Below, piece by piece: positions 53,285 through 64,000 of a DNA stretch of 64,000 nt. Below the pieces are notes generated by a model that was not told the origin of the DNA, did no database searches, and saw only the letters and a list, made by a program, of their open reading frames with translations. The DNA lies in NCBI RefSeq assembly GCF_004010195.1, contig NC_057749.1:19739946-19803945 (forward strand), in the 5' to 3' direction. This stretch comes from Chiloscyllium plagiosum (lineage: Eukaryota). Each line of letters starts with the position of its first letter. The stretch's first letter is position 1. The position numbers were made by a program, and so were the translations under genes.

Positions 53285-53940
53285 AAAATGGCATGACAGG
53301 TAGACAGGGTGGTGAATTTGTTTAGAACACTTGCATTCATCGGTCAGAGCATTGAGTACAAGAGTTGGGACATCATTTTACAGCTTCACAAGACATTGGT
53401 AAGGCCACATTTGGAGTACTGCGTACAATTCTGATCACCCTGTTATAGGAAGGATGGTATTAAAGTGGAAAGGGTGCAAAAAAGATTTACAAGGATGTTA
53501 CCAAGATGAGGAGGTTTGAGATGTGAGGAAAGGCTGGACAGGCTAGGATGTTTACGCATAGGAGGCTACATAGTGACTTTACAGAGGTTTGTAAAATCGC
53601 GAGGGACACAGATAAGGTGAATTTCCAAGGTCTTTTCCCCAAGGTAGTGGAATCCAAAACATAGGTTTAGATAAAAAGGGAAAAAATTTAAAAGAGACCT
53701 GACAGGCAACCTTTTCATACAGAGGGTAGTGCATATATGGAAAGAGCTAGCAGAAGAAGAGGTAGAGGCTGGTACAATTACAACATTTAAAAGATATTTT
53801 GACAGATACATAGATAGGAAACATTTAGAGGGATATGGGCCAAATACAGATAAATGGGTCTAGTTCAGTTTTGGAAACCTGGTCAGCATGAATGAGTTAG
53901 GCCGAAGGGCCTGTTTCCATGATGTATGACTATGTATGTA
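53285..53940 (+). mobile_element. CR1 LINE 3' fragment
   Basis: LVRPHLEYCVQF, gggcctgtttccatgatgtatgactatg tail. Confidence 0.8.
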
Positions 53941-54414
53941 TGAACAAACACTGGTGAAATTTTCAAATGTCTCTTCCTTGTTTTTGTGATTGAGATAAAC
54001 TAAAAAAACTCCCCTTTTCACAAGATAGGTGCAGGCATGAGCCACTTGGTCCCTTGTGCTGCTCAATCATTCATTAAGCTCATGGCTTATCTGAATACTC
54101 CATGTTTCAGCCTACTTCCAGTCACAAAAACAGATTATCTGATCATTATCAAATTGCTGGGAGTTTACTGTATGTAAACTGGCTACCTAATGACATGGCA
54201 GTGACTAAACTTCAAATGATCTTTGTTGTTTGTAAGTGCTTTTAAATGTCCAGTGGATGTGACATGCATTGTGTAAATGGAAGTCTTTTTAAAAATTTCC
54301 TGCTTGATTTGTATTGCTTTAGCATATTAAAGAAGATTTTGAATGATAATTCCCCTTCCCTCCCATGTTAAACAACATAAGGATTTAAGAGAGTCATCAG
54401 AGAGCAACTAGTTT

Positions 54415-54565
54415 CAAGTGACACCAGGTTATAATCCAACAAGTTTATTTGAAATTACAAGCTTTCAGAGTGCTGCCCCTTCATCAGGCGGAGTGGATTA
54501 TAACCTAATGTTGTTTAGATTCTGACCTTGTCCATCCCAGTCCAACACCGGCACCTCCACATCAA
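54415..54565. mobile_element. Mini Penelope pLTR remnant with hammerhead-like core
   Basis: Minus strand CUGAUGA-aggggcagcactct-GAAA-GCUU (54459-54487); short inverted ends aggttataatcc / ggattataacct. Confidence 0.6.
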
Positions 54566-54947
54566 ATTAATCAAGACAATTAATAAAATTAAAGCCAATA
54601 AGGAAGTCAGGAAACATTATCCCTGTACAACAGTTGACAGAAATTTGAAACTCTCTCTCTTTCAAAAAGGCTGAGAATGCTGTGAGGAAGTAGGTCCTTC
54701 TGGAATTGAGCTTGATAGATTCTTGTTGGGTATCAGGGAATCTGGGGCAAAGGCTGGGAGATGAATCAGCTATGAACTAAATGACTGGAGGTACGGGCCA
54801 GAGGCTACTGAATGGTCTTCCCACCCACCCTTCCCATTTTCTTAACTCTACAGTGATCCAGATTCCAGTTGGTAATCAAACCCTCAACTCAGTAAAATTC
54901 TGAAACTCATGGTTAGAGATAAAGCCAAACACCCCCGCACACCTCCC

Positions 54948-55813
54948 TGTTACAATGTGGGGTAAACCCTTCTGCTAATTTAAAAGAAACACATGAAAAG
55001 TTCACCTCACCTTGTAATCTACTAAAGTATGAGTGACAGAGAACTACCCAAATTCCACTATTTGAAGAATAAAATAACAATTTATTAAACCCTTCTGCTA
55101 ATTTAAAAGAAACACATGAAAAGCTCACCTTGCCTCGTAATCTGTTAAAATATGAGTGACAGAGAACTACCCAAATTCCACTATTTGAAGAATAAAATAA
55201 CAATTTATTATTTAACCCCAAAGAGAACATTAAACAACAACTACCTACAACTGTAAGTCTCCTTTCTCTTAAAAAAATTGTATCTACCTCCCACTCTGTG
55301 ACAATATACTAATCAAATAAAGCCAATATAACATTTATAGCAAATCAATTTTCAAAACCAGTAATCATCTTCGGGTGTCAAATCTCCACTGACTGTAGAT
55401 TTCCCTGGGTCATCTTTGGTCTTCTGCTGCAAAGATGTTTCATATGAAAAAGGTACCTTTTAGAGAGAGGGTCTGCGGGCAGCCTTTTGATCGCAGTAGG
55501 TACTCTTTGTCTCCAGCTAACTGTCCAAAATGCCTGCTTTTTATACCCCAAAACATCGGATTGTCTCATTGGTTTGATGTTGTCAAAACAGTAAAGTTCA
55601 AATTCGATTGGATTTTAGTATCTTGGGGCATAATTTAAACTGGTTGAATTCGAACGGTTGTAAAAACAACTCATTATCTAAGTTACAGCTCATATGTTAC
55701 ATCTTCAAATTGTCCAGTACACTTTGTGCCTGCACAGTCACATGACAGGTACTTGCTAGCTTTTCAACTTACACCCTGTCTTAAAGATACAGTACCTCTT
55801 CAACTCCACAACA
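54948..55813 (-). repeat. 3' LTR of the Gmr1-like element (with internal 123-bp tandem duplication)
   Basis: TGTT...AACA termini, adjacent PPT, homologous to 62030-62734. Confidence 0.9.
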
Positions 55814-58800
55814 CCTCCGCCCTTAAGAAATAAAATGAACCATCATAATGAAAGAATGGCTTCAATTTTTTTCTATTTCTTAACCTCATTATCATGGCAT
55901 ACATAGGACCTTAATCGAAGTTCACATTAACTTCTGCACACACACACACACAAAATCATTGGTGTCTATTCAATCTCATCTTTACATCCGCAACAACGCA
56001 TCTGCTATTACATTCTTATGACCCATAACATGTATGATTTGTAAATTAAAAGTCCGTAACATAAAACTCCAATGAAATAGTCTCATAATCTTGTATTTAA
56101 ATCATTCCAAGGCTGTGATCAATCTCCAACACAATCGTCTCTGACACATTGTTCGTGACATAAACATTAAAATGTTGTAAGGCCAGTTCCAAACTCAATA
56201 ATTCTTTTTCGATTGTAGAGTATTTTCTCCGGTGGATGTTGAGTTTCTTTGAAAAGTAACCAACTGTAGCAGTAAAGCTCTAACTCCTATTTCACTAGCA
56301 TCGATTACAATTTTGAAAGGTTTCAAAAGTTTGGTGCAGCTAAAACTGGTGCCGTGGTTAATACTGCTTTTAAATTGTCACCTGCCTCCTGATATTGTTC
56401 TGTCCACTGAAATTTTGTGTTCTTCTTCAGCAAATCTGTTCAAAGTGCCACTACTCTGCTGAGGTTTGAAACAAACTTCCAGTAGAATCCGCTTACTCCC
56501 GAAAATCTAAGCACCTCTTTCTTAGAGGTTGGTCATGGAAATTCCTCGATGGCCTTCGTCTTTGCATTCCTTGGGGTCAACCTTCCATGACCCATGTTGT
56601 GTTCCAAGAACGTCATCGCTGCTTTCGCAAATTCAATTTTGAGCTCTGCCAACTGTACCATGTGATCTTCCCAGGACTCACTAAAGATCGTCTAAATAGA
56701 CGGCACAGTTTGCTAACCAGCCACAACTCTGTTCATTGTCTTTGGAATGTGGTGGATGTGTTCTTCATTCCAAAGGGCTTCACTTTGAATTGATATAGCC
56801 TATTTGGGGTTACAAATGCAGAAATTTCTTTCACTTTCTCTGATAAAGGTGCCTGCCAATAACCATGCAGTAAATCCAACTTTGTGATGTAACTGGCTTG
56901 TCCAACTTTCCCTATACAGTCCTCCAATCTTGGTATTGGGTATGAGTCCGATTTTGTTACGGCATTGACCTTCCAATAGTCCATGCAAAATCGTTGAGTC
57001 CTGTCAGGTTTGGGAACTAAGACGATCGATGAACTCCACTTGTTGTGACTCAATTCAATGATATTTTTGTTGAGCATTGCCTCCACTTTCTTGTGGACCT
57101 GTCTGGCTTTGAAAGGATTAAGCCAATAGGGGTGTTGTTTTATCGGAACAGCATTCTGTATGTCTATCTCATGCACAATAGCATTTGTCCTCCCCATCTT
57201 ATTCCTGCATATGTCCCTTCAACTGTGGTCTTTGCTCCTGAGACAGATAGTTTACTAATGTGTCCCACTCTTCCTCATTGTGAAATGTATTTTGAGGCAC
57301 ATCAAATTCCACAACATTTGGATTTGATTCCTCACTCTGCGGGACAGTAACTAACACCTGTTTCTCCAGTTCCTTCTCCCTATTATAATAAGGTCTCCAC
57401 CTATATGAATAGGAAGGGTTTGGAGGGATATGGGCCGCGTGCTGGCAGGTGGGACTAAATTGAGTTGGGATATCTGGTCGGCATGGATGGCTTGGACCGA
57501 AGGGTCTGTTTCTGTGCTGTACATCTCTATGACTCTATGTTCACACAACATACCCAATGCAGTTTTTTTCTATCTGGCATCTTTACCAGATAGATCACCT
57601 GATTCAACTTTTTCTCAATTTGTTGGGACTATTAAACCTAGCTTTGAAGGGATCTCCTATCACTGGTATCAATACTAATATGTCAACTTCACTGGAAAAC
57701 ATCAGAGTTTTTATCTGCTTTTATCTGTTTCATTCTATGCTCTACCCTCTTCAGGTGCTGTTTAGCTAAACTCGCCTACACAATTTAATCTCTCTCTCAC
57801 CTCCAATATATAATCCAAGTGTGAGATCTCAGACTTTGGCCCTGTCAATTTCTCTTTAATTAATTTCAAAGGGACTGTCACTTCACATCCAAATATTAAC
57901 TCAAAGGGAGTAAGCTGAGTAGATTCTTTTGAGGCATCTCTAATGGCAAACAATACGAATGGGCTACCTTTGTCCCAATCATTCGAGTAATCCTGACAGT
58001 ATGCTCTCAACATGGTCTAAAGGTTCTGATGCCACCTTTCTAAAGCTCCCTGGGATTCAGGATGATACACACTTGATTTAAAGTGCTGTCTACCTAAGCT
58101 ATCCATGACTTCCTTAAACAGTCCAGCAGTAAAATTAGACCCTTGGTCTGACTGAATCTCTCTGGATATCCCATACCGCATGAAGAAAGCTATTAACTCC
58201 TCTACCACCCTTTTTGCCTTAATATCCCGTAATGGAATTACCTCTGGAAATTTGGTAGACGCATCCATTATGGTTCGCAAGTACTGGTGCCCACTTTTAG
58301 TTCTCAGGAGAGGACCTACATGATCAACCATAACCTGTATGAAAGGTTCTTTGAATGTAGGAATTGGTAACAAAGGTGATAGTTTATTACTGCCTGTGGC
58401 TTACCTACATTTGGCATGTATGACACGAATGGCAAAAGTTAACCAAATCTTTGTGCATTCCAGGCCAATAAAAATGTTTTTGTACCTTAACCTGTGTCTT
58501 CCGTACACCTAGCTGACCCTGTAGTTCATGTGCTACCCATAACACTTCTTGTCTGTATGCTACCGGCAACACAATCTGGTGTAAGTCTGTCCATTTCTCC
58601 TTTGCACAAACCTGCTATGGTCTCCATTTTCAACTTTGGATTCTATCTTTAAGATAATAGCCCTCAGGAGTATTCTCCACCTCCTTTTCTGAGAATGCAT
58701 TTACATATCTATCTTTTATTGTCTCGTCTTCCTGTTGCAAGTCCCTTACCCTTTCAGGACTAAACATTTCTGCCTAACTCTCTGTTCAGGTTTTTCCTGC

Positions 58801-58973
58801 ACCATTATGTCAAACAGGGTGTCCGCTAACTGAACCCCAATTTCTTCATTTTTCTCTTTAGTTTTTGTTTCATGCTGTGACTTATGAGTACAGTCGCTTT
58901 TATTTGTCATTTCTATCGTATACAACTGATGCAATAAAAATGAGACCGAGTTCCTCAAGGGCCAAGGTGCTAC

Positions 58974-59360
58974 ATAGAGTCATAGAGATGTACAGCATGG
59001 ATACAGACCCTTCGGTCCAACCCGTCCACGCTGACCAGACATCCCAACCCAATCTAGTCCCACCTGCTAGCACCTGCCCCATATCCCTCCAAACCCTTCC
59101 TATTCATATACCCATCCAAATGCCTCTTAAATGTTGCAATTTTACCAGCCTCCACCACATCCTCTGGCAGCTCATTCCATACACGTACCACCCTCTGTGT
59201 GAAAAAGTTGCCCCTTAGGTGTCTTTTATATCTTTCCCCTCTCACCCTAAACCTTTGCCCTCTAATTCTGGACTCCCCGACCCCAGAGAAAAGACTTTGT
59301 CTATTTATCCTATCCATGCCCCTCATAATTTTGTAAACCTCCATAAGGTCACCCCTCAGC
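58974..59360 (-). mobile_element. CR1 3' fragment nested in the LTR element
   Basis: [35 protein letters not shown]; a shorter + strand tail is nested at ~57400-57540. Confidence 0.88.
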
Positions 59361-59539
59361 ACAAATTACACGATTATACAAAGGGCGGCATAAAGTGCAT
59401 ATGAAGTGCAAAACATGCAAATTACAGTGTAATAAAATAATGATAATTAATAGACATTGTTCGAGGAGCAACTTGAAATCATGCAAAGACTTTCAGATGA
59501 AAAAGAGTCCGATCATACAGTGTTAAGGAGTCTGCTGGT

Positions 59540-60115
59540 CTGGGGGCAAATACTATTGCACAGTCTGGCCGTCAGAGACTGAATGCTTTGGTATCTTCTG
59601 CCAGACAGCAGGAGGGAGAAGAGTTTGAATGAGGGGTGTGTGGGGTCTTCCACAATGCTCTTAGCCTTTCAGATGCAGCATGTGGGGTAAATATTTATAA
59701 TGGAGGGAAGAGAGAACCCAATAATCTTCTCCACTGTCCTCACTATCCACTGTAGGGTCTTATGATCCGAGATGGTGCAATTCCAGAACCAAGCTGTGAT
59801 GCAGTAGCACAGGGTGCCCTCAATGAACCCTCTGTAGAATGTGGTGAAAGTAGGGGCATAGGAAGTGGACTTTCCTCAATCTATGCAGAAAATAGTGACG
59901 CTGCTGGACTTTCTCGGTTATGGAGCTGGTGTTAAGGAACCAGATGAGATTCTCTGTCATGTGGACACCAAGAAATTAGGTGCTCTTCACAATCTCCAAG
60001 GGGGAGCCGTCAATGTCCAGTGGAGCATAGCTGTACCGTGCCCTTCTGAAGTCAACAACCATCTCTTTCGTTTTGTCCACGTTCAACGACAGGTTGTTGG
60101 CTATGAATTAGTGGG
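59540..60115 (-). mobile_element. Rex1-type fragment nested in the LTR element
   Basis: Minus strand LNVDKTKEMVVDFRR..FLGVHMTENLIW..FYRGFIE..CITAWF. Confidence 0.75.
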
Positions 60116-62029
60116 GTAGTGGGTTCTTGTTACTACACGGTTTGGAAAAATAACAGGATACTTTTCTTTAAACTCTTCAGTTTCCCCGGTCAGCCTTGGC
60201 CTTCTCCACAACAACTGGTGTACTCCCACCTTGGACCCTGCTAAATCATTCCCAAGAATGGTCTGGATTCCTGGAACTGACACTCTGTCAATCACTCCCA
60301 CTGTTACTTCCCCAGTCCTGAGTTGGAATTCCAACCTGATCTTAGATAGAGAAACGCTAAATTTCTGTCCATCTATCCCACAAATTACCATTCTCTCGGG
60401 CAACAGGTCAGAAAGAGTGCAAACAGTTCATCTCTTACTTTTAGAGACTGGTTAGATCCTGTATCTCTCAAAATTATAACTTCTTACCCTTCTCCCCCTG
60501 TTCCTTCTGAGTAAACTTTATCCACAGAGGCAAATTCTTTATAGAGATCAGGCACGAACCCCATACCCAGCCCATGTCTAGGCTGTGCACTCTCCTGCAG
60601 CTCTTCGACTTTTCTTGGGGTTTCCTTTACTACTTTCACTAATGACACTGGCTTAGCTTCTTTTACCATATCTTCTCCCACGGTGCCTTTCTTTAATGAC
60701 CAGCGCTGTGACTTTGTGTCCCACTTTACCACAGTGGAAACACTTGAGGCCTTTCACCTCCTTTCTGCCCTCTTGGGCTTCATTTTTAACCAATGGTAAA
60801 CAATTACCAGTGTTCTCTACTTTTTGTTTCATAGTGTAAGATCTCCCCTTCTCCCAACTTCTAACCCTCAAAAGATGAAATTCTTGCTGGAAGCTAAACC
60901 TTGTCTTATGCACCAATGTGTACTCATCTGCCATCTCTGCTGCTGTTCTCATTTCCTGAACTTTCTGTTCATCCACATGAATTCTTATCATTTCTGAAAG
61001 TGAGTTTTTAAACTCCTCCAGCAGAATAATCTCTCTTATAGCCTCTTGGTCTTACCTATTTTTAAGACCCACACTCTGTGGGCCCTAAAATGAATTCTTT
61101 CAAACTCAACATAAGTCTGACCTGGTTCCTCCTTTAGGTTTCTGAGCCGCTGTCTACACGCTTCTGGTACCAATTCATAACCACTTAAAATAGCCTGTTT
61201 GACCTCTTCATAATCTCTTGACCCCTCATCTGACAGCGCGGCAAATACCTCACTAGCTCTGCCTGCAGTTTAGCCTGAACTAGCATTACCCACAAGTCCT
61301 CTGACCACTCCATCTGCCCTGCCAATTTTTCAAATGAAATAAAGAAGGTTTCGACATGTTTCTCATCAAAATGTGGCAGTGTTTTAACATATTTGTACAT
61401 ATCACTACATTATCTTTTAATCTCCATCCTATTAACTTGACTGTCCTGACTAAGTCATAACTTCTGAAGTTCAAGTTCTCTCTCTTTTACTCTATCCCTT
61501 TCTTCTCCCTCCCTTCCTCTTCTCTCTGTCTTTCTTTTTCCTCTCTTTCTCCTTCTCTCCCTCTTTCTCCCCTTTGTTTATCTTCTAACTCCAATTTCGT
61601 CAACTGTAATTTAAGTTTTTCTAACTCTACTGCACTTGTCTGTTTCTCTGACACACCTAAGTGTTTGAGTAATTCCATTACAATTTCAGCTTTACTTTTG
61701 TCCTTGGTTAAACCCAATTCTAACCTCTTTGCTAATTCTAAAAATATGATCTTTTCTTTCCTTTCTAAACTTTCTTGGCATATTTGGGAATCATCTTCAA
61801 ACCCCAGAACCCCTTTAGCAATTTTAAGAGCCATTTCCCTCACTTTAATTTTAACCAACCACAAACAACTAAAATTAAACAAATTGTTGAACTTATGTTT
61901 TATTTAAAGATTTAGGACACTAATCGGCAAGTGTTTAAATCCACTGGGATGTTTCGTACTCCAAATCTGTCCAAATCTCAAACTGGATCATTCTAAACGT
62001 GTCCAAATCATAGACCCGAGCCCACAAAC

Positions 62030-62734
62030 TGTTACGACATGGAGTAAACCCTTCTGCTAATTTAAACCAAGCACACAGAAAAGCTCACCTCACCTTGTAA
62101 TCTACTAAAGTATGAGTGACAGAGAAGTACCCAATTTCCACTATTTAAAGAAAAAAATAACAATTTATTATTTAACCCCAAAGAGAACATTAAACAACAA
62201 CTACCTACAACTGTAAGCCTCCTTTCTCTCAAAAATTGTATCTACCTCCCACTCTATGACAATATACTAATCAAATAAAGCCAATATAAAATTTATAGCA
62301 AATCAATTTTCAAAACCAGTAGTCATCTTCAGGTGTCAAAACTCCTCTGACTGTAGATTTCCCTGGGTCATCTTTGGTCTTCTGCTGCAAAGATGTTTCA
62401 TATGAAAAAGGTACCTTTTAGAGAGAGGGTCTGCGGGCAGCCTATTGATCGCAGTAGGTACTCTTTGTCTCCAGCTAACTGTCCAAAATGCCTGCTTTTT
62501 ATACCCCAAAACATCGGATTGTCTCATTGGTTTGATGTTGTCAAAACAGTAAAAATCAAATTCGGTTGAGTTTTAGTATCTTGGGGCATAATTTAAACTG
62601 ATTGGTTGAATTTGAATTATTGTGAAAACAACTCATTATCTGAATTACATATCGGATGTTACATCTTTAAATCATCCAGTACACTTTGTGCCTGCAGACA
62701 GTCATATGACAGGTGTTTGTCAGCTTTTCAACTT
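62030..62734 (-). repeat. 5' LTR of the Gmr1-like element (outer ~43 bp missing)
   Basis: Homologous to 54948-55770; followed on the minus strand by gtttgtgggctcggg, a degenerate tRNA-Pro-like PBS. Confidence 0.88.
62496..62530 (-). promoter_or_regulatory. LTR CCAAT + TATA box, antisense to AP3B2
   Basis: Minus strand CCAAT(62530-62526)...TATAAAAA(62503-62496); identical in the other LTR; AATAAA on the minus strand at ~62164-62169. Confidence 0.55.
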
Positions 62735-62779
62735 TCTAGGGGCTTGTCCACCAGTTCAAGATTCTGGTCTTTGTTTCAG

Positions 62780-63011
62780 GTGTCAAGCCCCTTACTGGGG
62801 GGAATGAAGACATATGAGTTGCTTCATCGCATCACGGGAGAGGGACTGTCTGTGGAGTACTACTTCAACAGGAGGCCATTCAGCCCAGACCACACTATGG
62901 TCTCTGTCCAGATGCAGTTCACCAACAATTCAGAAATGGAATTCCGAAATCTCCGTATTGCTGAGCCCAAGCTGCAATCAGGAATGAGATTGCAGGGATT
63001 CAAGGAGATTG
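62780..63011 (+). CDS. AP3B2: AP-3 beta-2 ear-domain exon: VSSPLLGGMKTYELLHRITGEGLSVEYYFNRRPFSPDHTMVSVQMQFTNNSEMEFRNLRIAEPKLQSGMRLQGFKEI
   Basis: tgtttcag acceptor, G|gtaaga donor; 232 nt, phase 0->1; ELLHRxxGEGL motif at the start of the beta3 ear. Confidence 0.94.
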
Positions 63012-63281
63012 GTAAGAATCTGGGGGAGCATGAAAAATTCTGGAAACATTGAGCAAGTCAAGAAAGACATCAGTGTTTCATAACTTCACCTTGTTGTGTC
63101 CTTGACCTAACCCTATGTCTGTCCTTTTGTGGAGTTGTAGCATGTGTATAAAGTCCCTACCTCTGGATGAAAAGCCCCAGGTTCTTATCCCATCTCAGAA
63201 CTTGGTGACCTCAAATGGTGTGTCATAATGTGGTCAAACAGGTCGATTATCAATCTGTACTTTATTGTGATACGCCTAAGG

Positions 63282-63657
63282 TGTTGTGGTTGATAGCACC
63301 TTTTAAAGATGACCAGGAGATACAGAGAATTCCTCAAGATTATAAGCCTTTATTTGCAAACAAAAGCTGTGGCCATCAGAGAAGCTAACTTCGAAAAGTC
63401 CCCGAACAACAAGAGTACTCTAAAGTTATGTTGTTCTGAAAAACCGCACACTATCCCCATTATTTTAGCATAACCAATCGCACTAAGCCTACATTATATC
63501 CCCTTAACCAATCAGACTCTGCCACAATTGTCTTCTGGATTGCAGCCAACCATCACGTTGTGCCATGGTCATCTTTCTTCACCTTTTGTCACGTGACAGG
63601 CTGCAGTCACGCAAGGCTGGCTCGAGCACGCAACCCAGACCTTACACTTACACAACA
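63282..63657. mobile_element. Possible solo LTR
   Basis: Terminal inverted TGTTGTG...CACAACA, internal tttatt and CCAAT motifs; no target-site duplication seen. Confidence 0.4.
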
Positions 63658-63685
63658 TCCCAACATGTGTTACTTTGTAGTTATA

Positions 63686-64000
63686 CAATAGCACCTCGAC
63701 TTATGAACTTAATCTGTTCTGGGACCCGGTTCGCGAACCGAAAAGTTCGCGAACTGAATCAATTTTTCCCATTGTTCGGATAGCGTAAGAATGCTTGGAC
63801 GTAGCAACGAGCGATGTTCACAGCACGCGCGCCAAAGACGAACTGAATGAGATCACGCGGTGCCCGAGAGCTTTTGCGTTCAAAGCGCGCATAGCAAAGC
63901 AGAACAATGAAACCACGTGGTCGCACACGGGCTTTTTGCGTTCGTACCTTCATTCGTACCTTGAATTTCGTACATACGTTGAAGCAAACTTTTATGTACA
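63686..64000. mobile_element. Left part of a CpG-rich Tigger/pogo-like DNA element, runs off the window
   Basis: TA followed by CAATAGCACCTCGACTTATGAAC.. with repeated gttcgcgaac/ttcgtac subterminal motifs; very high CpG density versus flanks. Confidence 0.55.

Larger units (their letters stand above)
54948..62734 (-). mobile_element. Gmr1-like Ty3/gypsy LTR retrotransposon, near full length, decayed
   Basis: Two LTRs; gag (61882-60653, CFHCGKVGH knuckle), protease ILRDTGS (~60460), integrase (HFYWPG..CHSCHTCQ, VDHVGPL, IQSDQGSNF; ~58550-57760), RT (PIKQHPY, KLDLLHGYWQ, YLDD; ~57200-56500), RNase H (IDAS, NVIADAL; ~56320-55990), PPT aagggcggagg. Confidence 0.92.

Noticed and set aside
54913..55230. 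ORF with a 41-aa tandem repeat
   Set aside because: Translation of the 123-bp LTR duplication, not a protein.
62606..62779. Upstream extension of the 148-aa ORF
   Set aside because: LTR/intron sequence that happens to be open; similarity to beta3-adaptin starts at the 62780 acceptor.

Overview
Eukaryotic, repeat-dense genomic DNA. It is most likely a cartilaginous fish (shark), inferred from HE1/V-SINE-like and Deu-domain SINEs together with abundant CR1, Rex1 and Penelope-like retroelements. The whole window lies inside one + strand gene, AP3B2 (AP-3 adaptor complex beta-2/beta3B subunit). Eleven clear internal coding exons with GT-AG boundaries and mutually consistent phases run from 12265 to 63011 (end of trunk, acidic hinge with LLDLD clathrin box, start of ear). 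A probable 57-nt in-frame alternative exon sits at 30467-30523. Neither gene end is in the window. The introns hold a decayed ~7.8 kb Gmr1-type Ty3/gypsy LTR retrotransposon (PR-IN-RT-RH order, antisense, ending ~45 nt from an exon acceptor) and Penelope-like elements, including small TSD-flanked derivatives with minimal hammerhead-ribozyme cores. They also hold a copia-like RNase H remnant, Tc1/mariner-type MITEs, solo LTRs and several local templated duplications. I found no evidence for a wholly new multi-gene system. Exon boundaries were read base by base; repeat boundaries are approximate and family names come from recalled motifs, not database searches.
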